Part shown: positions 38,201-51,547 of the stretch, in pieces
How the letters are laid out: each line of letters opens with the position of its first letter
Position numbering within the stretch: position 1 is the stretch's first letter
Origin: Tubulanus polymorphus
Taxonomy: Eukaryota; Animalia; Nemertea
Direction of reading: 5' to 3'
Assembly (NCBI RefSeq): GCF_964204645.1
Contig: NC_134028.1
Coordinates: 15,631,653 to 15,695,652, forward strand
Length of the DNA: 64,000 bases
Notes under the pieces: model-generated
The model's input: the letters and a program-made list of their open reading frames with translations, nothing else
Told to the model about the DNA's origin: nothing
The model's database searches: none
Program-made: the position numbers and the translations under genes

Positions 38201-39900
38201 AGGTTGATTTCTGCCAGACAGTTGCAAACTGTGCTGGTTTCCAGTCTGGATTCCACTTTTGAAATACTCTTAATGCCTCCTGTATGCTATCTGCAGATTC
38301 GTTCTCAGTAAGAAATGCCCCAACTACACTGTAGTTGACATTAGTTCTCACGCAAAGAAAAAATAATGGTAATGCATAGCGCAAAGTTCTGTATGTAGCA
38401 TCCAGCAGACAAAGATCATTGCCATAACGTGAAAGCAGCCTCCTCTGCCATGGTGATTGGTAAAATAACAAAAAGTTGTCCGCAGTGCCATCTTCTTTTA
38501 AAGCTGAAGGACGGAAATAAACAGAGTCTCCATTTTCAATCCACTTTTCTGATTCAATTTTCAGATTTTCTTGATCATTCTGCAAAAGAAATTACAGATA
38601 ATTTGCCATTCTTAATGTGTGTGGACGTGTGGAATTTTGGCAAGGAATTTGAGCACAACAATTGTCAAAATCACAAGCTCTTGTTCCTTGGTGATCGGGT
38701 ATCAAATGATAACTGAGTGCTTCTCTCTAACTAAGATATACAAACCTTGCTATGTCGATTTTCCATTTTTGCATTCATCATAATGTTTCGAATATCATCT
38801 CTTGTTGGAAAATATCTCCTCCTTAGTGGATCAGGTTTTGGTAAACCTCGAAATAATTCGTTATTGACAAAATTGTTTACAGATCTCATAGTATCAGACA
38901 CTTTTCTGAAACCTTCTCTGGTCAATTTTATGATGTAGTCTCTGACTTCACTACATACTGGTTCACGAAGCATAACGCCCTGTATTGAATAGACACATAT
39001 TGATATCGGACCAGTATACACTGAAGGCATCAATATTTTATGAAGAGTTAGATACATTTTAAATGATATAAAAGATATAAATTGTGCTTGTATCAAAAGT
39101 TTCAATAACTCTGGAATTATCAAATCAATTATTCTGCAATCACAACATAGGCAACTTACTTCACCAGAAACGGGATGATTTGTATGATCTTCAGAACTCG
39201 GGAATCGAATAACAAACTGAACAACCCCATGCACAGAATCTATATTAGCAGACAAATCATTTCGCATGCATTCAGAAGCACTCACTTTATGCTTTCTAAC
39301 ATTTTCAGGTATCTGAAAATGAAACCACATTGAAGCCTGTTATTTGAATCAAATAAAGTATGGCACTTTCAAATATGAATATTTTAAGAAGTATTTCAAT
39401 GTTGCTTGACTACCTTGATCAAGGGAAATCTCACTATTTGTGAAATGTATATTCTGGCATTGCAGCCAAGTTTTTTTGTGGACTGCACTAAATTTCGTCG
39501 TTTCAAAAAAACATGGTCATCCATCTTAAATGAGAAAAAGATAGCCTAAACAATACTGGTGAAGTCGAAAGAAAATTCCATAGAACATGTTGGACAGATT
39601 TGTGTACCCAGTCCAATATTATATCGTAATCAATGATCAGAAAAAATTATCAGATGAATTTACCATTTTTAGGGTTTTCTGACTTTCGTCGAAAACCCTT
39701 TTGTAATTCTGTTGATTGTTATTATTATTATTTACATATTTTCCACTTTTTTTCGCACATAAAATTCATCTTCTATCAGATTCGACAACTAACTGCTTCT
39801 AATTGAAATGTAGAATTCTGATAGTAATATAACACGCATTCGCTCCGCGTAGATTATATCTATGCACTCTCCGTCCTATTTTAAACTTAAAATTACTTAC
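35240..39900 (-). pseudogene. Multi-exon MULE/Mutator-type transposase gene (CaRF-like N-terminus, MULE core, SWIM, Ulp1-like protease, PHD finger)
   Basis: STKKLGCNARI; LLDATYRTLRYALPLFFLCVRTN; LCQFH; RTTNGVE; ACTFKDW...PCKHF; GGWLSDRHI..HW..YDS..Q.GGRDCGLF; C-terminal PHD. In-frame stop at 36431; second catalytic Asp region appears deleted. Confidence 0.8.
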
Positions 39901-39979
39901 TGAAAGATGACACCGGATGATAGTAGCAATCGCGACTCGCCCTGTCGGGTACTCCCACTAACGATAAAAACAACGTCCT

Positions 39980-40051
39980 GTCCTGTGGCATGGTGGATAA
40001 GGTGTTTGACTCCCAACTGAGAGGTCGAGGGTTCGAAGCCTAGTGAAACCA
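39980..40051 (+). pseudogene. tRNA-like sequence (Gly-CCC-like) / SINE head
   Basis: A-box tggcatggtgg, loop ctcccaa, B-box ggttcgaagcc; stems imperfect. Confidence 0.5.
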
Positions 40052-42012
40052 TGCCTTATCACAGTACAGCGCCGGCGCGCAACCATTGTTTTATTAATGA
40101 AACAACATGGTGGATGGGTGAAATCATTTTCGGCTTAAATTTATCGCGAGTTTTAGGACTTTAATGAATTTCACGAAACCATGATTTCTAAAATGAGTCA
40201 ATTGATTAATTCTATTCGTAAATCAATTTACGTTGGCTACATTTCCTGAAGATTTCGGGGTAGCAAATGAGTAGGCCTACTCGGTGAAGCAATGATCATT
40301 GTTGGCTACTTACTTAATGCCTAGCTTTTTTAGGGGATGTGCCTAGAATAGATTAAGGCCCCTTAATATAATGGGTAGAGCCAGTCAGTGGAATGCCTTA
40401 ATAGCAGCTAGTTATGGCCTGGTTTACACTGAATGTGCATGACAATTTATTTTGATTACTTTCTTTCCAGCTATTATTCGTGGAATGAACTGGGCACTAC
40501 GGTCTTCAATTCGTTTGCGGATTCTTGCAGGAATATTAAACCACAGTGCGCAAATGTACGTTTCAAATTAGGCTTTTTCGACATTGACAGCCAAAGACGT
40601 AACTTAACACGCTAACTGAAGTGCAACTGTCTCAGATGCTGTAAGTACTTGACGTTTTGCGTAATTTCTTTTTTTTGTAATGCAATATTTGAATTAGTAA
40701 TCAGTCTGCTAACGTACATGCAGAATTGGATTCATTGTAATTATGGGATGATAATTCATGGGTGTCACGAGTCCTGCGACATACCCTTGATATGAAGCTT
40801 TTTTAATGTTAATCATTGACTTGTTTTGGAGTAAACTGAATAGCCCTTAAAATACCAATGCCACGTGGCTTGGTGTCTATGCTCTACGAGACTGTAGTAA
40901 TAGATTTTCACAACAAACTCATGATTTCAAATAGTCTCCTAAGATATTTATATATTATTTCGCTCCTTACCTAAGTAATTCTTACATTTGATTGCTTAAT
41001 TACAGATGGAAAGAGGTCAGATGGCATGAAAATCGACTGTGGCTGACTAATTGGCGCTAGTAACCAAAATGCTTCAATCATCAGGGGTAGACAAATTAGC
41101 CGAAGATGAATGAAAACTTCACCTTGATGATCATCAGTTGATTTTGCTGTAATTATTTGCCTGGATATATCCTTCATTTCAAAATCTGTCTTCAGTAGAA
41201 TTTCTTTCAATAAAATATTTTGAAGATTGAATTTGAATTGATCTTAAAACCAGAGAAAGCATTCAAAAATTTAGAAAATCCTTGACTCATAATCAAATTA
41301 TGTGAAGTCAGTTAAGGTCTTTTTGGTCGAATCAAGCCGAGGGCTCAGGTGACAAAACTCAATTCCTCACTGTCTTATAATGCCGAGTACGACGGAGTTT
41401 ACACACTGAAACACGTTGGGCTGTGTAAGTGTAATTTGGATAAGTCCACAATATAATGACCGCCCTGCCCCGCTGCATCTGAGACGTCAACAAGTAAGAC
41501 TGTATTGCTTCGATGACAAACTTACTCCTACGCAAGATGACCATCCAATTCAAATGTAAATTAAGAAAGAAAACAACAAAACTAGTTGGGTTGATCAACA
41601 AAAATAAATCAATAGTTTATTACAATACTTCAATTTCAAAATAAGGATAGGAGAAAAGTGAACAATAAGTGTGTTTGCCATGCGTTTTTAAATATTTCCC
41701 AAGAATATATCTTTTTCTGGCCACCACCTGCCTCGACGACATCAGACTTTTTCGAGATTTTCGCTAAAAATACGAAACAAGACAAAATTGATGGATGGGA
41801 ATCATACATGCTACAATTCACTTTTACTGCGAACATTGGAATGAGCTAAAGCAATTTGCTAGGAGGAAAAATTGAGTCAAATGATGTTTCACTAGTTATA
41901 ATATGATGATAAAGATGATTCCAATGACAATAAACCTATCATACCAGAAAATAAATCAAATCATAAAGTCATTGAAACTAAATCTAAATTATTATTAATG
42001 GATTAAAATAAG

Positions 42013-43124
42013 ATGAAAAAAGAACAATATTTAAGAGATTTATATTATAACCCAGAAAGTGAAGTATCATATTCTAACGTTTCAGAATTATGGAATAAAT
42101 TAAATCTGATAATGAAAATGGCGCCATACGGCACCCACACGGTGATATAGAATATAGTGAATTAAAATCATGGTTACAAAATCAACCAACATATCAAATC
42201 CACAAGAAAATGGATAAAACTTATTTAACAAGAAAAGTTATGGTTTCATATATCGATCAACAATGGCAAGCAGATTTAATTGATATGAAGAACTTAGAGG
42301 AATACAACAAAGGATATTTCTGGATATTAAATATTATAGACATATTCAGTAGATACGCATGGTCAATTCCAATCAAAAATAAAACTGGTATAGAAGTGAC
42401 AAATGCTTTTAAAAATATATTTGAAGAAGCTATTCCAGATAAGATACAATTTGATGAAGGTAAGGAATTTTATAACAAACATTTTAAAAAACTATTATCT
42501 GATAACGATGTAGATTATTTTTCAACACACTCAGATAAAAAAGCATCTATTATAGAAAGATTTAATAAAACATTGAAAACTAGAATGTGGAAATATTTTA
42601 CTGCTAACGAAACATATAAATATATCGATGTATTAGATGATTTAGTGAAAGGTTATAATAATTCTAAACATAGTTCTATAAATATGAAACCTATACAAGC
42701 TAGAAAAGAAGATAATTCAGAAATAGTTTGGAATAATTTATATGGAGCATTTGTTACACATGATTTTGGAGAACCAAAATTTAAAATTGGACAACACGTT
42801 AGAATATCTAAATATAGAAACACCTTTTATAAAGGTTATACTCCAAATTTTACTGAAGAAATATTTAAAATTAAAAAGATAATATTAACTAAACCTTTTG
42901 TTTATAAATTAGAAGATCTAAAAGATGAAGAAATATTAGGTTATTTCTATGAACAAGAATTATCACTTGTACCAAACCCAGATGAAATAGAATACAAAAT
43001 AGAAAAAGTATTGAAAACAAAAACTCTTAAAGGAAAAAAGTATTCTTTGGTGAAATATAAAGGATATGATAATAAATTTAATGAATGGATTTTATCTAGT
43101 AAAATTAAAAGAATAAATGAATAA
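42013..43124 (+). CDS. Polinton retroviral-type integrase with C-terminal chromodomain (frameshift near 42100; main ORF 42210-43124)
   Basis: WQADLIDM, IDIFSRYAW, QFDEGKEF, KASIIERFNKTLK; YKIEKVLK..YSLVKYKGY....EW. Confidence 0.93.
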
Positions 43125-43728
43125 AGATTTATTTATATTTGAACCGCATAATATGTTAGTTACTGGTGTAACAAACTGTGGTAAAACACATTTCATATTA
43201 GATTTGTTAGAAACTATTTATAAGAATCATTTTGATAATATAATATTATTTTGTCCTACTTATGAAATGAATAAAACATATAATAGAGACATAGTTAAGA
43301 TAAAAAAGTTTATTATATTAAATCCTAAAACAGTAAAAGAAAATTTAGATAATTGTATTAAAATAGCAATTGATACTTATAAAGGATCAAATACATTATT
43401 CATTGTAGATGATTGCGCAAATTTACATGATTCAAAAGTGAGAGAAAGTGAGTTATGTTACTTAGCTTTCTCTGGGAGACATTTTGGGATAACAACATGG
43501 GTTTTAAATCAAAAATATAATTCAATTGTTAAAGACTTTAGGGAGAATATAAGATTTCTAGTTTTATTTTATAACAAAGATAAAAAATCTATGCAACAAT
43601 CATTGGAAGAAAATCAAATTATACCTACTGAATTACATGATGAATATATGAATAAATTAAAGAATAATAAAGGTTCAAAATCATTACTGAGATTACAATT
43701 TCCCTATGAATACAAATTTATAAAATAA
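43117..43728 (+). CDS. A32/FtsK-like genome-packaging ATPase
   Basis: Walker A GVTNCGKT, Walker B FIVDD, GRHFGI..LNQ. Confidence 0.9.
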   Translation: MNKDLFIFEPHNMLVTGVTNCGKTHFILDLLETIYKNHFDNIILFCPTYEMNKTYNRDIVKIKKFIILNPKTVKENLDNCIKIAIDTYKGSNTLFIVDDCANLHDSKVRESELCYLAFSGRHFGITTWVLNQKYNSIVKDFRENIRFLVLFYNKDKKSMQQSLEENQIIPTELHDEYMNKLKNNKGSKSLLRLQFPYEYKFIK

Positions 43729-44089
43729 CTATTTGTATACCTATGTATTAGATACCCTAATACCTGATACCCCATTAGATACCCTAATACCTGATACCCT
43801 ATTAGATACCTTAAATACTTACAACCCCCTTTTTTAAAATAAATATTTTTTATACAATTTTCAACCAATTTATTTTTATTTTTCAACAAATATATGAATA
43901 AGTTTGAAAATAATAAAGGTTATTTATTATTACCGAGGTTTCAATTTCCATATGAATATAAGTTTATCAAATAAGATATTTTATGTATTAGATTGTATTA
44001 GATTGTATTAGATATGTATTAGATACCTTGAATACCTTAAATACTTAAAACCCCCTTTTTACTATTATTTTATACAATTTTCAACCTTT

Positions 44090-44997
44090 ATTATTATTTG
44101 ATTGTTAGATAATTAATTTCTGAATCACTTTCATCATCACTCTCCAATTCATTATCAGGCCCTAACAATTTATTCAAATGCTCTACCGTATCTTCATAAA
44201 TAATTGGTTTATTTTTATACTTATTCTTCACCCTTTTTACCGCATCATCAATAGTTTCTTCTTTATGTTTCATAGAATCTTTATTATCAATATGCTTATC
44301 TGTAACTTTATTTTCATTATCATCTTTATTAGTGTTTGCTCCTAATATTTAATTTACAGTGTTTGAATCTAATATTTTCTTAGCATCGGTTAAATCTAAT
44401 TCATCTTTATTAGGTGTTGCTAATAAAAAATCTTCATATAATTCTTTACCATTTACTTTTTTATTTGAAACAAATTTTGTAACATATCTAAATGGGTGTT
44501 CTATAAATTCTCTTAAACCAACACGTTCTATAACATTAGTAATATGTCAATTTGTATTCATATGTTTATTCTTTACAATAATCACAATAATTTCTATTTT
44601 CACTAACATTTAATATTATTGCATTATTATATGTAGAAGGTATTACATTATTTGATGTAGAGGGTATTACATTATTAGATGTAGTAGGTATTACATTATT
44701 AGATGTAGAAGGTATTACATTATTAGATGTAGAAGGTATTAAATTATTAGATGTAGTAGGTATTACATTATTAGATGTAGTAGGTATTACATTATTAGAT
44801 GTAGTAGGTATTACATTACTTAAATTATCAACAACACCACTTTTATAATTATCGATTTCTATTAGTTTAGTTTTATAAATTTTGAAAATAGGATCAAATA
44901 TCAAAGCTATATTACAAGGTATAACATAATACAAACCATCATTATTTTCATATGTATCGATGTATGGAATATGTTTATATACTTTACCTCCTTCCAT
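44090..44997 (-). pseudogene. Polinton hypothetical protein with NNVIP(T/S)TS repeats and CxxC (broken after 44566)
   Basis: ORF 44566-44997 with TAAATG start; coding-like frame continues downstream. Confidence 0.5.
44620..44820. repeat. 24-bp coding tandem repeat, ~8 copies
   Basis: gtagtaggtattacattattagat units. Confidence 0.9.
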
Positions 44998-45029
44998 TTA
45001 TTATATGAATTTTTATTAAAGTTAAAATT

Positions 45030-46274
45030 TTAATACATAACACTATTCAATTGAGAATTTACAATATTTAATAGCGCGTCAGATATAATATAAATGTGCA
45101 TTTTGAAATTTAGGCTTCGTTTTTTCTTTGTCATGAATAATTGTATTCCATCTTTAGTGTTTTGTAATTTTTTTCCAGAACCATGTAATGAATTATCCTC
45201 TGTTGTTCTAAAATCTAACCATAATGCATATTTATTACCGGTATAATAATCAATTTGATTAATATTACAATTTTCAGATGATTTCACTTTTTCATTCATA
45301 AAATGTTTTCTAATTTCTGGCCATTGATCAATCATTCTCATTCCTTGACAAAATATTTTATTTGCTATTCCTTCGATAGTTATTTCTACTTTTGTTATTT
45401 CAGGATTATAATACTTATCAACCTGTATTGCGCCATTAGAATATGTTGCAATGGTAAAAAATATTAATATACCTTTAATAGATCTTCTTGGGAAGTTAAT
45501 ATTCTCATTAATAATTTCATCATTTGCATTAATAGTTACAGTTTTAAATTTATCAATATAATCATATAATAATGAAAATCCTTGATTGTATTGAGTTTGA
45601 ATTATACTTGAAATATTTTCATCAGTAACTGTATCATATTCTAAACATATATTCGATAATTTATAACCCATATCTTTAACAACGCTAGATAATAAAATTT
45701 CATTAACAGGAGCAAATGTTATTTCGAATATAACATCTTCTTGAATTGCGTATTTATATAAAGGTGCATTATTATTTATCAATTCAAAGTCTAATGGAAT
45801 TTTATATTTGCTTCCATATATACTTTTTATCAATTTATCTACAGCATTAGTTAATATTGCATTATTTGCTTCTGATCTTAATTTATTTTGGTTTTCTGAT
45901 TGGATGCCTTGAAATATCATATTATTTCTATTTTCTTTAGTTAACCATAAATCTTTATAATGCATAAATAAATTATAATCATCTAATGAGAAAACTGTTT
46001 CTGGATCTTTATAGTTAATTTTTTAATCAAATATCTTCCAACATTATCAACAACATAATTATTATTATTACCGAGTACTTTTATATCGGCTGATAAATAA
46101 ATACTATTAGGAACATAAAAAAGTATTTTGTGTTAATCTAGGAATTCTAACATATAAAGTTACATCGGGATTAATATTAGAAGGATTATGAGTAATTATA
46201 TGATGTGATCTTTCTGCTTTAATAGCATTAGATATTCTATGATTCTTAGAAGGATTGATATAACTCCCACTCAT
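45030..46274 (-). pseudogene. Major capsid protein (double jelly-roll, inferred), frameshifted N-terminus
   Basis: ATG 46274 MSGSYINPSKNHR..IITHNPSNINP; ORF 45030-45965 with YKIPLDFE, LSNICLEYD, NINFPRRSIKGILI, YALWLDFR..LHGSG, as seen in Polinton capsid-type ORFs. Confidence 0.75.
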
Positions 46275-46314
46275 TTATTTAACAAAAAAATTAATTATTT
46301 ATTTTTGATCATGG

Positions 46315-47892
46315 TTACTTGATATTTTTTGATATCATATTTACTAACCCAAAAATAATTTCACTTACAACTGTAATTAAAAATAAAATAATATGTTCAG
46401 CAGCAAAGTTAAAATTGTTTCCTGCAGATTTCAATATAAAACCAACAATTGATGCAATAATTCCTGGTAATGCTGCAGCAGATTTTTTAGATAGTTCCCA
46501 TAAATATTTTGCTAATTTCTTTAAACCATCCTTAACTTTATCTTGTATAGAATTATTATCATTCGGGGGTGTATCTGGTTTATTGGGTGTAGGTGTAGAT
46601 TAAAATGAATTTGATATTGCCAAACCAATTGTTGTAAATACCATAGTTACAGCTGTTAGAATTGAAAGAATTGTTATACCTTCTAACTTAAATAATAATC
46701 TTATTCTGTCTTTTAATGATATTTTAGAATTTGGTTTAATCAACAAATCTTTAAAAATAACTTTTAATTTTTTAATATGATTAAGATCATATGATTTTAA
46801 TAATATATCTCTTTCTTCTTTTTGTAATTTTATGTTATATTTTAAATCATCTATTTCTTTTACTAAAGCTAACTTTATGCTTTCATAATCAGGTTCATCT
46901 CTATTTAATTCTAATTGTTCTAATTTTTCATTTGCAATAGCTAATTCTTTTTCTAACATGGTTATTTTAGAAAATCTCATATTAATATTAGCATTTACAT
47001 CAGCTGATTCTTGAATACCTTTAATTTCTCTACGTGTTTGTTCAGGAAATGCTTCTAATTCTTCATCAGTTAATTTAAGAAATCCTTTTTCTAGTAAAGA
47101 TTGTATTCGATTTATTCCAGTTTCAGTACCGGGTGTATCTAAAATATTATTCATCTCTTCTTCAGAATCTCTTAATCTATCAATTTGTTTTTCTAATGTT
47201 AATTGTAATTGACTTGAATCATTATCAATTTGTTGAATATCTCTTCTCGATGTTTCAGGTGTTGAAGATCTTAATCTATCTGATCGATCTCCATACTCTT
47301 CCATTTCCGTTTTTGAATTTTTATCGATTATTTTAAATAAGTCATCAATTCTTTGACTAAATACTCTTATATTATCATCTCTTTCTTCTTGTGTAAAATC
47401 AGTTATTTCATTACTATTACTTATTCTCTTAATTTTATCTGAACCTAATTTTCTCAAAGTTGATTCCGCTAATATTTTATTTAGTTTTGTTCTTTGATCA
47501 GTGATATCAATATAATAATCACCATCCAAACGATAATAATATTTACCTTTAAAAAGTTTTAATTTTTTTACTAAACGTCTGGCGCCTCTATCATTTATAT
47601 TATATCCAGATTCTTTAAATACATGTTGAAATTCATACATAAATTCATAATTTTCATAATTTTCTCTTTCTAAACCTGGGTCTAAATTTTCAGTAGGTAT
47701 TCTCGATCTAATTCTTCTATCATTTTCTTCTGTTGATGGGGCTTTAGAACCACTATCTGCTAAATTAGAATTATATGATGATTCATCATCATTATCAATA
47801 TTAGTTTCATTAAAATCAGGTTGTGGTTCATCACTTATACCGGGTTCATCACCAAAAGTACCCATTGGAATATCTTCTCCACCTTCTGCCAT
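46315..47892 (-). pseudogene. Coiled-coil protein with C-terminal membrane helices (in-frame stop at 46600)
   Basis: ORF 46600-47892 continues in frame with LKKLAKYL..AAALPGIIASIVGFIL..IILFLITVV to 46315. Confidence 0.7.
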
Positions 47893-47908
47893 TTACATAA
47901 TAAAAAAA

Positions 47909-49233
47909 TTAAAATTTAAAATATAATATTCCTCCGATTTCAATTCCTATACAAGTTAAAGCTAATTTAGCATTTTCATGGGATTTATCATCATCATTAG
48001 TTTTAATTATTTCATGTTGAATAATATCAGTTTTAATATTTTCTGATGTATTGTAATCTTTTATTTTGAAATCATTATTTAATTTAATATTATTAGTTTT
48101 AGTTTCTGTTGATTGAATGTGTTTTTTATTTTTTTCACCTTCCATTAATTTTGGAGCAGTAATAATCTTTTTATTTATATCATTTAATCCAAATGAATTA
48201 TTTATTGTTGCAGTTTTAATTAGATTATTGTAACCAATTATATTTCCCATCTTTAATACTAAATCATTAGAAATAATAAATAGATTAGGGCCTATACAAT
48301 AATTTAATCTAATATGTGATTTATCTAAATAATTTTGATATCTTACAATGTTTTCCGGAATCGATCTATTTTTATCATTATGAATTGAATCTTCAAATAA
48401 TACTTTAAATTGTTTCTGCGCATCGAATGAAGTGTAGTCATTTCCAATTATTGGGGATCTTGTTTCAACTTGCGCACCTAAATACATATCAAATAAGTTC
48501 TAATAGATTGATTTATTCTTTGTATACCAGCTTTAGTAAAACCTTCACTATTTTCTAAAATGAAATTAACCCAACCATTATTATTTTGTTGTTGTATATT
48601 ATTATAATATTTTGGTAATTCATTCCAATTTAGTGTTCTTATATCTGAATTTGTCATTATATTTCCAAATTCTTTAGTATATAATATTCCTAATCCACCC
48701 ATTGTTCCAATTTTTGCTCTAAAATCTTTATTTGAATTAATATCAAATTCATTACATATTTTATAAAACTTAGAAAAATTAATATTATTATTCAATTCTT
48801 TAAAATATTTTGAACCTGGTAAAGGACATTCTAATTCATCTAATATTAATTTTATTTGAAAATATGTATGAAATCTAAAAAGTGATAACATCAATGGTAA
48901 ACTTGGTTTGTTTAAATGATCATTCCAACTAATTCCACATCCTGTTGTTGCGCAATAAACAGCAAAATTTAATTGGTTCTGCCAATACTTCATATTAGAT
49001 TTTAATAACCATTGTTTTGCCTCATTTAAATTTTTGAAATTAATTGTATACACATGAAATGTATTTTCCATCTTTACATGAAAATTATCACTTTCAGTAA
49101 CATAAATATATAAATCAATTAATGAATTTAAAACTTCATTTCTATATGTAATATCTTTATTAAAATCTATTGCTGGAATATTATATTTAATTGATTTATT
49201 ATATTGGAAAGCTTTAAGAAAACTATCTACCAT
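47909..49233 (-). pseudogene. Conserved Polinton protein (WQNQLNFAVYCAT motif), split by frameshift near 48480
   Basis: ORFs 48478-49233 and 47909-48487 overlap; only the first has a TAAATG start. Confidence 0.65.
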
Positions 49234-49685
49234 TTATATAATGAAAAAAATGTATAATTAACTAATTCTTTTAATAATTTATCTTGTTCTTCAACTGTTA
49301 TATGACCATTTAAACTTATTATATAATCTAGTGTATTCTTTAATTTATTAATTTCTTTTATATTAGTTTTAATTTTTTCTTTATTACTTTTTATATTTAA
49401 TTTTGAACTTATACCAGTTAAAACACTTGAACTTAATCCTAATACACCAATTGATATAGCTAAAGGTGTTAATGGACTGAATATTGCTAGAAATGTTATT
49501 ACAGAACTAATTGTAACCGAACCACTTATAATCAAATAATATATAATTTTAGATTTTAAATATTTTTTCTTTTTAACTTTTAAGTCACTTTCAAATTCTT
49601 ATATTTGTTTTTCTAAATATGTTTTTAATATAGTTTTATTAATATCATGAGGAATAATATCAATATTATCAACTTTATCATCCAT
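49227..49685 (-). pseudogene. Small membrane protein (frameshifted)
   Basis: ATG 49685 in TAAATG; two hydrophobic helices in ORF 49227-49535. Confidence 0.55.
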
Positions 49686-49705
49686 TTATTTAGCAAAAAA
49701 AAATT

Positions 49706-50130
49706 ACTAATTAGAAATTTTATAAGCAACAAATATAACAATCACTGTTCCACCTAAAATCCATATTATTTCATATTTCTTCTGTTCTTTACTTGGGGTA
49801 TAATAATCTGATAATTTAGGTTTGTATAGATGTAATTTTTCTTTATTGGTTACCGCGTTATATAAACTCATTGCATCATCAACTGATTGAAAATCTCATC
49901 TGTGAAATCTTCTGATCATATAATTCTTTATTAATGTAATCCATATAGTTTTGTCTCTTTTCTCTATATTCTTCTGCTGCTTTATTATATTTCTCTAATG
50001 CTAAGTTATGTCTTTTTTGTTCTGTTAATGATCCATTTTTATCAATATGTTTAAATAAATAACCACCACCAGTAAATGCTAAAGCGTTAACAATTGCCGA
50101 TCCTATAATAGTTATAACTGCAGAAGCCAT
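49706..50130 (-). pseudogene. Small Polinton membrane-associated protein (frameshift near 49890)
   Basis: MASAVITIIGSAIVNALAFTGGGYLF..HNLALEKY; C-terminal hydrophobic segment in another frame. Confidence 0.6.
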
Positions 50131-50154
50131 TTATTTAGTAAAATAATTATGCAT

Positions 50155-50376
50155 TTATATGGGAGGAATATATTTTTGTTTTTCTAAATAATCAATAGTT
50201 AAATTAGATAAAGTAACTGCTAATGTTAATTTTAAAATATCATTTATATCAAATCTATCAACATTAACACTTCCCATTTTGAATACTTTTTTTAATACCA
50301 TTGAATAACCAACAGTTCCAACTGATAGTAATGCTCCATTATATAATCCAGTTATTATACACTTATTATCACTCAT
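50155..50376 (-). CDS. Small hydrophobic Polinton protein, 73 aa
   Basis: Intact ORF, TAAATG start, two hydrophobic segments. Confidence 0.65.
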   Translation of the reverse strand: MSDNKCIITGLYNGALLSVGTVGYSMVLKKVFKMGSVNVDRFDINDILKLTLAVTLSNLTIDYLEKQKYIPPI

Positions 50377-50718
50377 TTATTTATCAAAAAAATTACTATC
50401 ATCAAAATATTTAGTTAACTTATTTATGATTAATTCAACATTTTTTTCATTACTACTTTTATGATTATCATATATTTTGGTTAATATGTTTTTAATATCG
50501 ACAATAATTCCATCTTCATTTAATTCATAATATTCTAAAGGTGATTTAATTAAATCAATGACTTTTTCTATATTATAATATTCTTTATTAATCATTGATG
50601 CATTGTTAAATGATTTACTTTTTATATCAGTAATTACATCATTTAGTTTAATTCTCATTTCTTTACCATGTTTAAAATCAAACCCAAAACATATACTCGG
50701 TCCAACAGTTATATTCAT
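50377..50718 (-). CDS. Hypothetical Polinton protein, 113 aa
   Basis: Intact ORF, TAAATG start, stop abuts the next ATG. Confidence 0.6.
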   Translation of the reverse strand: MNITVGPSICFGFDFKHGKEMRIKLNDVITDIKSKSFNNASMINKEYYNIEKVIDLIKSPLEYYELNEDGIIVDIKNILTKIYDNHKSSNEKNVELIINKLTKYFDDSNFFDK

Positions 50719-50735
50719 TTATATAGTGAAAAAGA

Positions 50736-51494
50736 TTACTCTCTACATCTTATAACTAATTCATAAATTACAGGGAAATTATTTAAATCAATTAAATATC
50801 CATTGTGATTTCTAATTTCTAATCTAAAATTATTAAAACGAGGAATGCATGGTTTGAAATCACATTCTGTTAAATTATAATTTATTTGCGTTCCAAATTC
50901 TTTAACATTCTTCAATGGTAAAAGGTTTAGTAAACCAGAATTACAAGTTATATCTTTAGTTGCTTCGAATGTTTTTGTAGGATCGATTAAATTGCAATAA
51001 ATATAAAAGTGTGTAAAAGGTATTAAGTTTGGTGCAATGTCAACATTTGAATAAAGTTTATCTAGATTAATTCCTAACAGTTTAGCCATAGGTTTTTAAA
51101 CTAAAAATTTATGTTGTTCATCATTATCTAACTTTATTCTTACTTTATTATTGATATCACTTTTTAAAAATTTAATTACAAATCCAGCAGCCGCGCCCAT
51201 TTTTGCCCTAGCACTTCTATTAATTTCTTGCGCTAATGTTTCTAAATTATATAATCCTGGTCTTATAAATATATGATACCATTTATCGGCATTTCTATCA
51301 AAAATCATAAACAATCTATGTTCAATAGTTTTATTCGTTATATTATAAAAAGAATTACATAAACTTATATTAACTAATTTTAAATCTACACAATTCTTGA
51401 ATTCTCTATCTAATTGTACTAGTAAATTATGTGATTTATAATCTGTAAGCCTTCTAGAATCAACAAATATTCTGTATTCTTTTAATTCCGCCAT
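50736..51494 (-). pseudogene. Minor capsid (penton) protein, one in-frame stop at 51096
   Basis: FVDSR..NSFYNIT..PGLYN and FYIYCNLI..LEIRNHNGYLIDLNNFPVIYEL; the two ORFs are in the same frame. Confidence 0.7.
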
Positions 51495-51547
51495 TTATTT
51501 TACATATTTTCTTATTCGAAATCTATTTCATGGTGCCCTTTTTCATT

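Noticed and set aside
39980-40051. Functional tRNA-Gly gene
   Set aside because: Acceptor and anticodon stems pair poorly; kept only as tRNA-derived.
40900-41860. Short ORFs just left of the Polinton
   Set aside because: No recognisable domain or consistent exon chain; no left TIR or hairpin found either.
42008-42015. Baculovirus late motif ATAAG before the integrase ATG
   Set aside because: Single occurrence in AT-rich DNA; expected by chance.
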